Shown here: piece by piece, positions 18,885 to 28,039 of the stretch
How the letters are laid out: each line of letters begins with the position of its first letter
Position numbering within the stretch: the stretch's first letter is position 1
Origin: an uncultured Rickettsiales bacterium
Lineage (GTDB): Bacteria; Pseudomonadota; Alphaproteobacteria; Rickettsiales; UBA8987
DNA: 64,000 bases
Direction: 5' to 3'
Assembly: GCA_964588995.1 (NCBI GenBank)
Contig: CAZPQM010000002.1
Location: forward strand, 59,459-123,458
Program-made: the position numbers and the translations under genes
Notes under the pieces: generated by a model
The model's database searches: none
Seen by the model: the letters and a program-made list of their open reading frames with translations, nothing else
Told to the model about the DNA's origin: nothing

Positions 18885-19742
18885 ATGTCAAACGAGACCT
18901 ACCATATTGCGGCGTTTTACCGCTTTGTTGAACTAGCGGATTTTGAAGCGATAAAAGAGCCGCTGCTCGCTTTTTGCAAGGCGCACGACATGAAAGGTAC
19001 GATCCTGCTCGCTTCAGAAGGTATTAACTCGACCATCTCAGCAACCGAAGCGAATATGAAGGCGTTTTTTGCTTATCTCGATCAGGACGAGCGTTTGGCG
19101 AACATGCCGCATAAATTGCATACGGCAGCGTTTCAGCCCTTTGAGAAAATGAAAGTACGGCTCAAAAAAGAGATTGTCCGGCTGGCCTATGATAAATTGG
19201 ATATGGCGCAGATCGGGGACTATGTGAAGCCGGAAAAGTGGGATGACTTGATTAGCGACCCGGACGTGATTGTAATTGATACACGCAATGAATATGAGGT
19301 AGGGCTTGGCACATTTGAAGGAGCCGTCAACCCGCACACGCAGGAATTCCGTGCACTGCCCGAATGGGTGGATCAGCATCTGGATCCGCAAAAACATAAA
19401 AAAGTCGCGATGTTCTGCACCGGCGGCATACGCTGCGAAAAATCCACCGCGCTGTTGAAGCAGAAAGGATTTGAGGAAGTCTATCATCTGGAAGGCGGTA
19501 TTTTGCAATATTTAAAAGATACGGGAAATAAATCGGGTAAGTGGCAAGGCGACTGCTTCGTGTTCGACGATCGCATTGCCGTGAATGATCAACTCGAGCC
19601 CTCCTCAGATTATGCCTGCAGCGTGTGCGGAAGCCATGTGCTGATGGATGAAATTCGCTGGCTTTCGAAGGGCGATAGAATTATTTGCCGTCGTTGTTCC
19701 AACGACGAAGCGGCTAAAGCGAAGCTGCAAAATCTTGCGTAA
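18885..19742 (+). CDS. trhO: Rhodanese-domain tRNA uridine(34) hydroxylase TrhO (UPF0176)
   Basis: GTILLASEGINSTIS, DTRNEYEV, MFCTGGIRCEK, GDCFVFDDR, C-terminal Cys cluster. Confidence 0.92.
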   Translation: MSNETYHIAAFYRFVELADFEAIKEPLLAFCKAHDMKGTILLASEGINSTISATEANMKAFFAYLDQDERLANMPHKLHTAAFQPFEKMKVRLKKEIVRLAYDKLDMAQIGDYVKPEKWDDLISDPDVIVIDTRNEYEVGLGTFEGAVNPHTQEFRALPEWVDQHLDPQKHKKVAMFCTGGIRCEKSTALLKQKGFEEVYHLEGGILQYLKDTGNKSGKWQGDCFVFDDRIAVNDQLEPSSDYACSVCGSHVLMDEIRWLSKGDRIICRRCSNDEAAKAKLQNLA

Positions 19743-19852
19743 AAAGAACCACTAATTAAATTTACCACGCCTGCCTGTTTTTTCTGCTTTGAGCAGCCAA
19801 CGCGATGCGCTATGCTTTTAGTAGTTGGGTAGAGTTTGTTAAACTAACGTGC

Positions 19853-20206
19853 ATGGATATCGCTACGACAATCGCATCGTACCAGTATGGCGCTAATGCG
19901 CGCGGGCTGAATACGCCGCCGCAAAATCTGCAGCGGACAAACGCGCAGGAGCAAGCGCAGCAACAGCCGCTACAGTCCAATGCGGTGCCGCGCAATAGCG
20001 CGCTCAATGCACCACAGAGCCTGCAGGCGATTTCCCCGGTCGCAATAGCAAATTTAAGTATTTTGAATGAATCCGGTGATACGACCCAGCGCCCTGCACA
20101 GCCGCAATTTTTCCGGAATATCGGTGTGTCCGCTGAAGAAGCGTTTGAGCCGACAACGTCTGCGCGAGACATCCCTACCGATAATGGCCTCGATATCCGC
20201 GCTTAG
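19853..20206 (+). CDS. Hypothetical Gln/Ala/Pro-rich low-complexity protein (117 aa)
   Basis: ORF from ATG 19853 with plausible composition; ends GLDIRA; no recognised family. Confidence 0.55.
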   Translation: MDIATTIASYQYGANARGLNTPPQNLQRTNAQEQAQQQPLQSNAVPRNSALNAPQSLQAISPVAIANLSILNESGDTTQRPAQPQFFRNIGVSAEEAFEPTTSARDIPTDNGLDIRA

Positions 20207-20367
20207 CATGTAGCTGTAACGGTTGTGAGGGGTTGGATGCCCGTATAATTGCTGCGCCATTCGGGGTATGACGAGTCGCTATAATGGGTAACTATAACCA
20301 CTAAACACTAACCATCTTACACCCCCACCACTACGGCTAATATCCTTACGGATATAAGCCTCGTTGC

Positions 20368-20800
20368 CTCCCCCGCAGGCAGGGGAGGATGCGCTATAAT
20401 CCCCTCTCCCTATGGGAGAGGGCTAGGGTGAGGGTGACCCGTCATCCTGAACGTGATTCAGGATCTCATGAGGCGTTCTATATCCTGAGATTCCAGCGTT
20501 CGCTGGAATGACGCTGTCTTGTCCGGGCTTGCTCCTTTTATCCAGCTACCAAAGATCCTTCGGCTACGCTCGCGCTACGCTCAGGATGACGGGGGCTGTT
20601 TTTACTCGTCATTGCGAGGAGTGAAACGACGAAGCAATCTCGTGCGGCTGGGTATATGAGCCCAAGATCGCTTCACTGCGTTCGCGATGACGGGTCAAGA
20701 GATCCTTCGGCTACGCTCGCGCTCCGCTCAGGATGACGCGGGTAGGCGGGGGAGTATGCGCTTTTTATCCCCTCTCCCTAACCCCGCCCGCGGTAGGGTG
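20368..20800. repeat. Mosaic cluster of palindromic repeats (BIME-like)
   Basis: cctcccc..ggggagg and ccctctccc-tat-gggagaggg hairpins (20368-20434); full elements 20440-20513 and 20607-20692; 39-nt right-half copies 20553-20591 and 20700-20738 (1 mismatch). Confidence 0.88.
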
Positions 20801-21245
20801 GGACGCCCTGCGGTTCGATCCAGACAGCGTCCGGTTTTTCGCCATGCTGGAAAAAGACATCAATCGGGATCCCGCCACGCGGGTACCAATAGCCGCCAAT
20901 GCGTAAATAAGCAGGGTCGAGCAAACTGGCGAGCTTTTTGCCAATATCAACCGTACAGGCCTCATGAAACCCGGCATGATTGCGGAACGCACCGAGATAG
21001 AGCTTCAGCGACTTACTTTCCACGAGTAGCTTACCCGGCACATAGTCGATCACCAGATGGGCGAAATCCGGCTGGCCGGTAACAGGGCAGAGCGAGGTAA
21101 ATTCCGGACAAACAAAGCGCACTGCGTAGGCCACATCCGGGTGCGGATTCGGTACGGCCTCCAAAATAGCTTCTTCCGGAGAAGCGGGTAGCTTTGCGCT
21201 GGCTCCAAGCTGCTCAAGCCCGCCATAGATTTTTTCGTCACTCAT
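20778..21245 (-). CDS. queF: 7-cyano-7-deazaguanine (preQ0) reductase
   Basis: [43 protein letters not shown]. Confidence 0.97.
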   Translation of the reverse strand: MSDEKIYGGLEQLGASAKLPASPEEAILEAVPNPHPDVAYAVRFVCPEFTSLCPVTGQPDFAHLVIDYVPGKLLVESKSLKLYLGAFRNHAGFHEACTVDIGKKLASLLDPAYLRIGGYWYPRGGIPIDVFFQHGEKPDAVWIEPQGVPPYRGRG

Positions 21246-21321
21246 GCTGAAATTCCTCTCATTCTATGCTATACTTCATATAGAAACCGGCTGAATAAGC
21301 CAAGGACAAGAAGGAGCGGAT

Positions 21322-21675
21322 ATGAAGAAATGGGTGATGGTAGGGGCATTGCTCTGCTTGCCGGCAACGCAGGTGCAGGCGCAGCAATTTACACCACAGG
21401 AAGTGGAGGAATATTCCCGCGTGGCTAACGAGTTGATGCAAAGCATGCCACCGGAAACGCGCAATATGGTCATGCAGCAGGTCATGCAGATGGTGAGTCA
21501 GGTGAATAATCTGTCGCCAGAAGAGAAAAAACGCGTCACCCGTCAGATGGAGCAGATGGGACGGCGGCTTTACGGGCAAATCAAGCAGGTGGATCCCTCT
21601 CAGATGGGCTCGGTAGGTGTTGATCAAGCGCAGCGGGCACTGGATGAGGCGCAACGGGCGATTAACAGGCGATAA
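21322..21675 (+). CDS. Secreted hypothetical Met/Gln-rich helical protein
   Basis: Signal peptide MKKWVMVGALLCLPATQVQA; aggag RBS. Confidence 0.75.
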   Translation: MKKWVMVGALLCLPATQVQAQQFTPQEVEEYSRVANELMQSMPPETRNMVMQQVMQMVSQVNNLSPEEKKRVTRQMEQMGRRLYGQIKQVDPSQMGSVGVDQAQRALDEAQRAINRR

Positions 21676-21716
21676 ACCCATAGCCTAAGGCGCGAAAATT
21701 CGCTAAACCCTCTTCT

Positions 21717-23318
21717 ATGGGGTCGAAGCAGTCATCATCGATATTATTGGTTACACCGGATTTTGCCGGGCCAACGCGCGGCGGCGGGATCGGCACGGCG
21801 TTTTATTACCTTGCCTGTTTTCTACGGGATGAAGGTTATGATGTGCATGTGCTCTACTGCCTGCCCGACTGGACGGATGACGGTTCGTCACTCGATGAGT
21901 GGAAAGAAACACTGAAAAAACAGAATATAACACTACATTCCTTGCCTGAGCGAACACGGGACATAGCGCAACTGTCGACCTGTTGGCACGCGAAAACCGC
22001 GATGGAGGTGGCAGAGCTCGCCTACAGGCTGCATCAGAAATATGGTTTTACTGCAATTCATATGCCGGAATGGGGTGGCTTCGGTTATTTTATAATCAAA
22101 GGCAAACGCGAGCAGAAAGCGTTTGCGGGGGCGGAGCTGATCGTCCAGACCCATAGCCCGACGAGTTGGCATCGGCGGTACAATCACGAGGCGATGGATA
22201 GTCTCGCCCTCGTCCAGATTGATGCGATGGAGCGCTACTCGGTTGCGCAGGCGGATCAGCTTATCAGCCCAAGCCGCTATATGCTGGACTGGTTGCAGCA
22301 GGAGGGCTGGAAGCTTGCGGAAACCAGACAGGTGATCCCTAATCTCTATAAGCCGGAACAACAGGCCGGAGCGCTTACCGGACAGGAGATAAACGAGATT
22401 GTTTTGTTCGGGCGGCTTGAAATACGTAAAGGCGTTGATCTTTTTTTAGATTCAGTGGCTAATATAAATCATAATAAGTATAAAATTACATTACTTGGAA
22501 AGGATGCTGAAATAAAAGGTGAATTATCATCTGATCATATTAAGCAACGTGCTGAAGATATGGGGCTGAAGGTCACTATAGTGACAGGCCATAACCAGCA
22601 ACAGGCGCTGGATTATGTCAAACAGCCCGGCCGCCTAACGGTCATCGCTTCACTGCAGGAAAACCTCCCCTATGTTGCGTATGAGTGTTTAGCGGAGGGG
22701 GTGCCGTGCCTGCTGTCGGATGCGGGAGGAACGGCTGAGCTGGTGGCAGAGGAAAGCCGGGATATTCTCTTTACGCCGGAGGTGGAGGTGCTCGCGCAAA
22801 AAATCAACCAAACGGTTAAGCAGATGACACAGACTGGTCAATTGGCGTTTTCTCAGGATGATGTGCAGGCCAGTTGGAGGGCGTTGCATGACGCTTCACC
22901 CACATTGAAAAAGCAAGCATCACCTGCTGCGATTGACCTAAAAGCGCTGTATGAGGGCTCGCCACTATCCTGGAAAAACAGAGCGGAGCTATTACAGCAA
23001 ACCTCTTTTGCGGAGGAATTGCTGGCAGGCTTGCTGGAAGAGCGGCATTATATGATCGATGCGATGCATGCTGTGCCGTGGTTTACGCAACATGACCGGC
23101 AGGATGATGTGCGTGTTTACGGAGAGTGGCTGAAAGATGCGGTTGAAGAAAATAATAAAAAAATCATAATATTAGAGAAAAAAAATGAAACTCTGAGAGA
23201 GGAACAATTATCAACCAGTGAATATATCGATGCTTTAACGCATTCCACCAGCTGGCGTATTACTGCGCCGCTTAGAGCAGCTATACATTGGTTACGCCGA
23301 ATCTTTTCGGCGGGTTAA
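21717..23318 (+). CDS. GT4-family glycosyltransferase with C-terminal coiled coil and STSWRITAPLR motif
   Basis: GGIGT, LFGRLEIRKGVDLF, ENLPYVAYECLAEGVP; C-terminal coiled coil followed by HSTSWRITAPLR. Confidence 0.88.
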   Translation: MGSKQSSSILLVTPDFAGPTRGGGIGTAFYYLACFLRDEGYDVHVLYCLPDWTDDGSSLDEWKETLKKQNITLHSLPERTRDIAQLSTCWHAKTAMEVAELAYRLHQKYGFTAIHMPEWGGFGYFIIKGKREQKAFAGAELIVQTHSPTSWHRRYNHEAMDSLALVQIDAMERYSVAQADQLISPSRYMLDWLQQEGWKLAETRQVIPNLYKPEQQAGALTGQEINEIVLFGRLEIRKGVDLFLDSVANINHNKYKITLLGKDAEIKGELSSDHIKQRAEDMGLKVTIVTGHNQQQALDYVKQPGRLTVIASLQENLPYVAYECLAEGVPCLLSDAGGTAELVAEESRDILFTPEVEVLAQKINQTVKQMTQTGQLAFSQDDVQASWRALHDASPTLKKQASPAAIDLKALYEGSPLSWKNRAELLQQTSFAEELLAGLLEERHYMIDAMHAVPWFTQHDRQDDVRVYGEWLKDAVEENNKKIIILEKKNETLREEQLSTSEYIDALTHSTSWRITAPLRAAIHWLRRIFSAG

Positions 23319-25382
23319 GGTGTGTTTTACCCGCTTGGCGCTGAGCGCAGTATTAGCAAGTAGCTTGAAATAGCGTCGTGACAGACCGTCCATCCGCGCT
23401 TCAAACCCCTTCCGCCAATAGCTGGATTTATATTGCTGCGCGAACTGATTGGGCTTGAAATAGAGCCATTTCAGGTTTGGCTTTGGCGCAATCGCACGGG
23501 TTAGATCCTGCTTGCCGATATTCTGAATATGCACAATATCATCAAACATCGCAGCCTCTTCGGGGAGCGGATTTTCCAGCAGGATTTTCAGCGGTAGAAT
23601 CATTTCCTCCTTACGGAAGGCGTGTAGCGGTCTCGTTTCCAGCATGGGTTTGACATCATTGATAAATTGCAACGCACCTTCTTGCAGTTCACGTACCGCC
23701 TGCAAGCGTCGTGGATGGTTTTCGGTTTTGTCTAAGACCGGCTCGACGCCGTTTTCCGTTTTTTCCAGATGGATCACGCTGCCGCACGGCGCGGTAAATA
23801 ACAGCTCGACAATCTCGATGCAGGTGGTGAGTGTTTCGGCAAAATAATAGGGGTGGTGGCCATCCACCATATAGGAGTAAACCGGAAACCCCGCCCGGCG
23901 TACATCGTTGATACGCTGCATGGTGCCAAAGAAAAAGGCTGAGAGCGGCTGCTCTTCCGTGGGGAGCATATCACGCAGCGCATACAGCATGGAGCCATGC
24001 CAGCCCACATCGACAATGGCTTTTTTCGTTCCATCCGCGGTTACGCCTTCTTCCTTCAGATGCGCCTGAAATGCGTCATATTCTTCCTGCGCTTTCTTCA
24101 TGATCGGTTCTTTCAAGGCGATGAAGCAGGCGCGGAGCCGTTTTACATCCTGCTTGGTGCGAACCATATCTTCAGGGCTCTTAAATCCATGTTCCTGAAT
24201 CACGGGCAGATAGTCCGCTTCAGTAAGGCCAAGCTGATTCCGTTCCATATAATTCCCGACCGTTTGCGGATGGCTCGGATCGGTGATGGTGAGATAATCC
24301 AGCCCGGTATTATCCAGCCCGTCTTTCAGGCGGGGGATTTGCAACGCCCGGCGGGAAACCAGTAAATACTTGCATTCGCAGTGGTTATTGTAAATAGGCT
24401 GTAGGAATTCAAACAGCTGCTTCATGATTTTTCCATCCCGTGCGAGGAAAAGTAACTGCTTAATGCCGGCAGCTTTGGTGGTTTCCAGCAGCCAGGTGAT
24501 GAATCCCAGATAGATCGGGCCAACGATATAATATCCAAAATGCTCCCAGTCGGTCGTAGGCGGATTAAAGCTCTCATCCTCTGCGCGTTTGAGCGCGCTT
24601 TTGGCGGCCATGGCCCCTAAAATAATCGACAGCTCCGGAGAATCGACCTTACGCTTTTTATCCCAGACCGTATCGGCATAATCATGATCAAAGAAATTAT
24701 CGATAGGCTTGGCCACATGATAGACGGAAAGCCCGGCGCGCTTCGCCTGACGAATATCCGCATGGAGATTATCTCCTATGTGAAGTATTTTATTAGGTTT
24801 AACGCCTAAATAACTGATTATCTCCTGATAAAGCGACCCCTTGTGTTTGGTTTTAACTACTGAAGACGATAGAAATAATTTATCGTAGCCCGTCAGTTCG
24901 TGCTTTGCTAACAGCTGTTTAATAAATTGCTCCGGCAGGTACATATCCGAAGCAATGACCACCGGCTTATCCTGCTTAACGGCATATTCAAACAACGGAT
25001 GGATGGCCTGATGCGGCACGCAGTGCGCCTCCTCCACTTCCAGCTCTTTATGCTTCACCCGTTCAATCGCTTTAGCATCCGCGTAGTGTAGCTCCTGCTG
25101 AATGAAGCGGTAGATTTCATCAAGCGTGACTTCCTCACGACCTTGACGATAGGCTTCATCGCGTGCGTCACGTTCGGCCTGCATGCGCAGCGTGTAAAAA
25201 TCCAGCATGGTATCGTTGAAGGCTTCGCGGGCCGTTGGCTCAATAAACCAGAATAGGTCGTGCGGGTTCGCCACTCGGCGTATCAGGAGCGTATCGAAGA
25301 TATCAAACGATATCGCCTCGGCTTTATCCATTTTCTTTAGGCAATCGGTCAGCAGGATGACCTGATCATGCGGGTGGTTCAT
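23292..25382 (-). CDS. HAD phosphatase + PRTase-like two-domain protein; probable bifunctional ribofuranosyltransferase
   Basis: HAD motifs FDIFDTLL, IASDMY, HIGDNLHAD in the N-half; FLARDG and IVDVGWHGS PRPP-loop-like motif in the C-half; flanked by glycosyltransferases. Confidence 0.7.
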   Translation of the reverse strand: MNHPHDQVILLTDCLKKMDKAEAISFDIFDTLLIRRVANPHDLFWFIEPTAREAFNDTMLDFYTLRMQAERDARDEAYRQGREEVTLDEIYRFIQQELHYADAKAIERVKHKELEVEEAHCVPHQAIHPLFEYAVKQDKPVVIASDMYLPEQFIKQLLAKHELTGYDKLFLSSSVVKTKHKGSLYQEIISYLGVKPNKILHIGDNLHADIRQAKRAGLSVYHVAKPIDNFFDHDYADTVWDKKRKVDSPELSIILGAMAAKSALKRAEDESFNPPTTDWEHFGYYIVGPIYLGFITWLLETTKAAGIKQLLFLARDGKIMKQLFEFLQPIYNNHCECKYLLVSRRALQIPRLKDGLDNTGLDYLTITDPSHPQTVGNYMERNQLGLTEADYLPVIQEHGFKSPEDMVRTKQDVKRLRACFIALKEPIMKKAQEEYDAFQAHLKEEGVTADGTKKAIVDVGWHGSMLYALRDMLPTEEQPLSAFFFGTMQRINDVRRAGFPVYSYMVDGHHPYYFAETLTTCIEIVELLFTAPCGSVIHLEKTENGVEPVLDKTENHPRRLQAVRELQEGALQFINDVKPMLETRPLHAFRKEEMILPLKILLENPLPEEAAMFDDIVHIQNIGKQDLTRAIAPKPNLKWLYFKPNQFAQQYKSSYWRKGFEARMDGLSRRYFKLLANTALSAKRVKHTLTRRKDSA

Positions 25383-26416
25383 GGTTTGCCTGCCAGCCAG
25401 TTTTTCAAGCGTATCAGTGGCTTAAAGGGGCTTCGTGCTTTCTTGAGGAAGTTAGCCGCCTGTTCAGCGCGCCAGTGTATGGTTTCCATGGAAGGCGCCA
25501 TATTGATTAAAAAGCCGATGCCCGTGGTGCCGCGTGCGATATCCTTGCGCAGTAATTCGTTTTTTATCATCGCATTATAAAAACGATGCTGATGCCATTT
25601 ACAATTGATCGTATTGGCATATACATCATTCCCGGTTTTGTCATGGATGCGATGATGGTAGTAGGCGAGTAGTTTGGGAATCACCGCGATATCATAGCTT
25701 TCCAGTAGGCGTAGGTTAAACTCCCAATCGCCCTGCACAGGCAGGTCTTCACGGAAGGACCCGCCGACCTCATCAAACGCTTTGCGGTGAATCAGTAGCG
25801 AAATGGGGGGGAAAAAATTCCCCGCCGCCATGCGCCATAGCGTCACATGCTCCACCCAGTCGTTAAAGGGTTCACGCGAATGTTCGGTAATGCTATCACC
25901 CTCGATGGTTTCATTGACTGAAAGAGAATGCGTCACCACAGCGCCGACATTGGGCAGGTTGAGTTCTTCAAACGCGGTGACGGTTTCTTTCAAAAACTCC
26001 TCATGCCACGCATCATCATCGTCGTGGATGACGATAAATTCCGATGTGCAGGCTTTCACGCCGACATTGCTGGCCGCTTCCATCCCTTTCGATGTTTTAT
26101 TGTGTATGACCAGTACGCGGTCGCCATAGCGCTTTTGATATTTCGCTACCAGCTCATCAACCGGCCGGGCATCGCCGCCATCATTGACGATCACGTGCAG
26201 CCAATCGTCAAAATGCTGGTTGAGAACGCTTTCTATCGCACGCTTGAGAAGGATAAGACGCTCCTTGGTGCGGGTAATCACGGCGACTTTGGCCGATGGT
26301 TTGCTGCTCCGTTTTTTGGCGGGCGCTTTAGTCGTTGGTTTTTTAGCTTTACTCTGCGCAGTTTTGGCGGGTTTTTTTGTGCTCGCTTTGGCAGGTGTTT
26401 TTTTGGTTGTCGGCAT
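25379..26416 (-). CDS. GT2-family glycosyltransferase with Lys/Pro/Ala-rich N-terminal tail
   Basis: VITRTKER, VIVNDGG, IHDDDD, QGDWEFNLR; first ~43 aa are PAKK-like low complexity. Confidence 0.9.
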   Translation of the reverse strand: MPTTKKTPAKASTKKPAKTAQSKAKKPTTKAPAKKRSSKPSAKVAVITRTKERLILLKRAIESVLNQHFDDWLHVIVNDGGDARPVDELVAKYQKRYGDRVLVIHNKTSKGMEAASNVGVKACTSEFIVIHDDDDAWHEEFLKETVTAFEELNLPNVGAVVTHSLSVNETIEGDSITEHSREPFNDWVEHVTLWRMAAGNFFPPISLLIHRKAFDEVGGSFREDLPVQGDWEFNLRLLESYDIAVIPKLLAYYHHRIHDKTGNDVYANTINCKWHQHRFYNAMIKNELLRKDIARGTTGIGFLINMAPSMETIHWRAEQAANFLKKARSPFKPLIRLKNWLAGKP

Positions 26417-26512
26417 GTATCCCCCTTATGGTCAGCACGATAATCTGCTTCATCTATCGCTAAATAAAGCCGGTAATGGCGCCAAGCAGCCTTCTTTTAC
26501 TCACAAACGGCA

Positions 26513-26752
26513 TCAATCGCAAGCCTCTCGTTCCTGCTTTATCTGTTCAAGCGCAAAGGCTTCTTCCAGCCAGTTGCGGCAATTACTGCCCGGCAGGATT
26601 TCATGTGCCGCAAGCAGGTCCAGCAAATCCTCCTTATCCCAGTCATCGTTAACTGCGATTGCAATCATTTCCTTCAGGCAGCGCTCAATAACGTCCTGAT
26701 CGCCGGTTTCAATGGCTTCAAACAGGGTGGGTTTGTAGGGTGTTAAGGTCAT
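26513..26752 (-). CDS. Small acidic hypothetical protein (79 aa)
   Basis: Isolated ORF in intergenic space with coding-like composition; no motif. Confidence 0.55.
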   Translation of the reverse strand: MTLTPYKPTLFEAIETGDQDVIERCLKEMIAIAVNDDWDKEDLLDLLAAHEILPGSNCRNWLEEAFALEQIKQEREACD

Positions 26753-26780
26753 CTTTGTAATATAGCGCTAAATACACCTA

Positions 26781-26870
26781 TTGTCATCCCGGCCCTGTGC
26801 CTGGATCTTCAGCCAGACGATAGGTTGTTGCGATTACGCTCTGGATCCCGGAATAAATCCGGGATGACAA
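26781..26870. repeat. GTCAT..ATGAC palindromic (REP-like) element
   Basis: ttgtcatcccgg...ccgggatgacaa 12-bp terminal inverted repeat plus an internal hairpin. Confidence 0.85.
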
Positions 26871-26921
26871 CTTTTATAAAATACGCTAAACGATAAGTGT
26901 TTAACTACAAAGGATAAATCT

Positions 26922-27929
26922 ATGGGACGCGTATTTTCCGGCGTGCAGCCAACGGGCAATTTACATCTCGGCAATTACCTCGGCGCCATCCGGCAATGGG
27001 TGAAGTTGCAGGAACGTTATGAGTGCCTGTTCTGCATTGTGGATTATCACGCGATTACCGTACCGCAAGATCCTACCAGCCTTCGGGAGCATACGATTCA
27101 AACCGCTGCGGCCTATATGGCGGCCGGGATCGACCCGGAAAAGCACCTGATTTTTCATCAATCGGGCGTACCGGAACATACCGAGCTTGCATGGATCCTT
27201 TCCTGTTACACGCGGATGGGGCAGCTTAACCGCATGACACAGTTTAAGGAGAAGGCGGGCAAGCAAAAAGACAGGGCGTTTCTCGGCCTGTTTTCGTATC
27301 CGGTACTGATGGCAGCGGATATTTTGCTTTATAAGGCGACCCACGTGCCGGTGGGGGAAGACCAGAAGCAGCATCTTGAACTTACCCGCGAAATTGCAGC
27401 GAGCTTCAATGATCGCCATTTTGATAATAATATCGACAAGGAGGCGTTTTTTCCTCTGCCCGAACCGATTATTATGGACGATACGGCGCGCATAATGAGT
27501 TTGCGGGATGGCACGAAAAAGATGAGCAAATCCGACCCATCCGATATGTCGCGCATCAACCTCACCGATGATGCGGATACGATTGCTAAGAAAATCCGTA
27601 AAGCCAAGTCCGACCCCATCGAAGGAATGACGTTTGATCGGGAGGCGAGACCGGAAGCAAGCAACCTGCTTGCTATCTATGCGGCACTCACCGATCAGAA
27701 CGTGGAACAGGTGACGGATCACTACGCAACTGCAAGTTTTAGTGAATTCAAGCAGGCGCTAACGGAAGTCTGTGTAGAGAGTCTGACGCCGGTAACACAA
27801 TCTATGCGGGAGTATCTTGAGGATAAAGGGCAGATTGAGGTATTATTACGTAAGCACGCTGATAAAGCCCGTGAACTAGCTAGATTGCAGATAGATACTG
27901 TGAAGGATCTGGTTGGGTTTTTTAAGTAA
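26922..27929 (+). CDS. trpS: Tryptophanyl-tRNA synthetase
   Basis: SGVQPTGNLHLGNYLG (HIGH), YPVLMAADIL, VPVGEDQKQH, KMSKS. Confidence 0.98.
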   Translation: MGRVFSGVQPTGNLHLGNYLGAIRQWVKLQERYECLFCIVDYHAITVPQDPTSLREHTIQTAAAYMAAGIDPEKHLIFHQSGVPEHTELAWILSCYTRMGQLNRMTQFKEKAGKQKDRAFLGLFSYPVLMAADILLYKATHVPVGEDQKQHLELTREIAASFNDRHFDNNIDKEAFFPLPEPIIMDDTARIMSLRDGTKKMSKSDPSDMSRINLTDDADTIAKKIRKAKSDPIEGMTFDREARPEASNLLAIYAALTDQNVEQVTDHYATASFSEFKQALTEVCVESLTPVTQSMREYLEDKGQIEVLLRKHADKARELARLQIDTVKDLVGFFK

Positions 27930-28039
27930 CACACAACCATTAAGTGCATATAGGTTCTTCCTGTTCGTTTAATTCACCTTGAGATCAACCAAAAAATAGT
28001 CCATGACGAACGATAATTTAGTTTACATTTTTGGGGGTT

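Noticed and set aside
20368-20800. CRISPR array
   Set aside because: The units differ in length and type, there is no regular repeat-spacer period, and no cas genes are present.
26961-27722. 253-aa antisense ORF opposite trpS
   Set aside because: Shadow ORF of a GC-rich coding strand; no motif or RBS.
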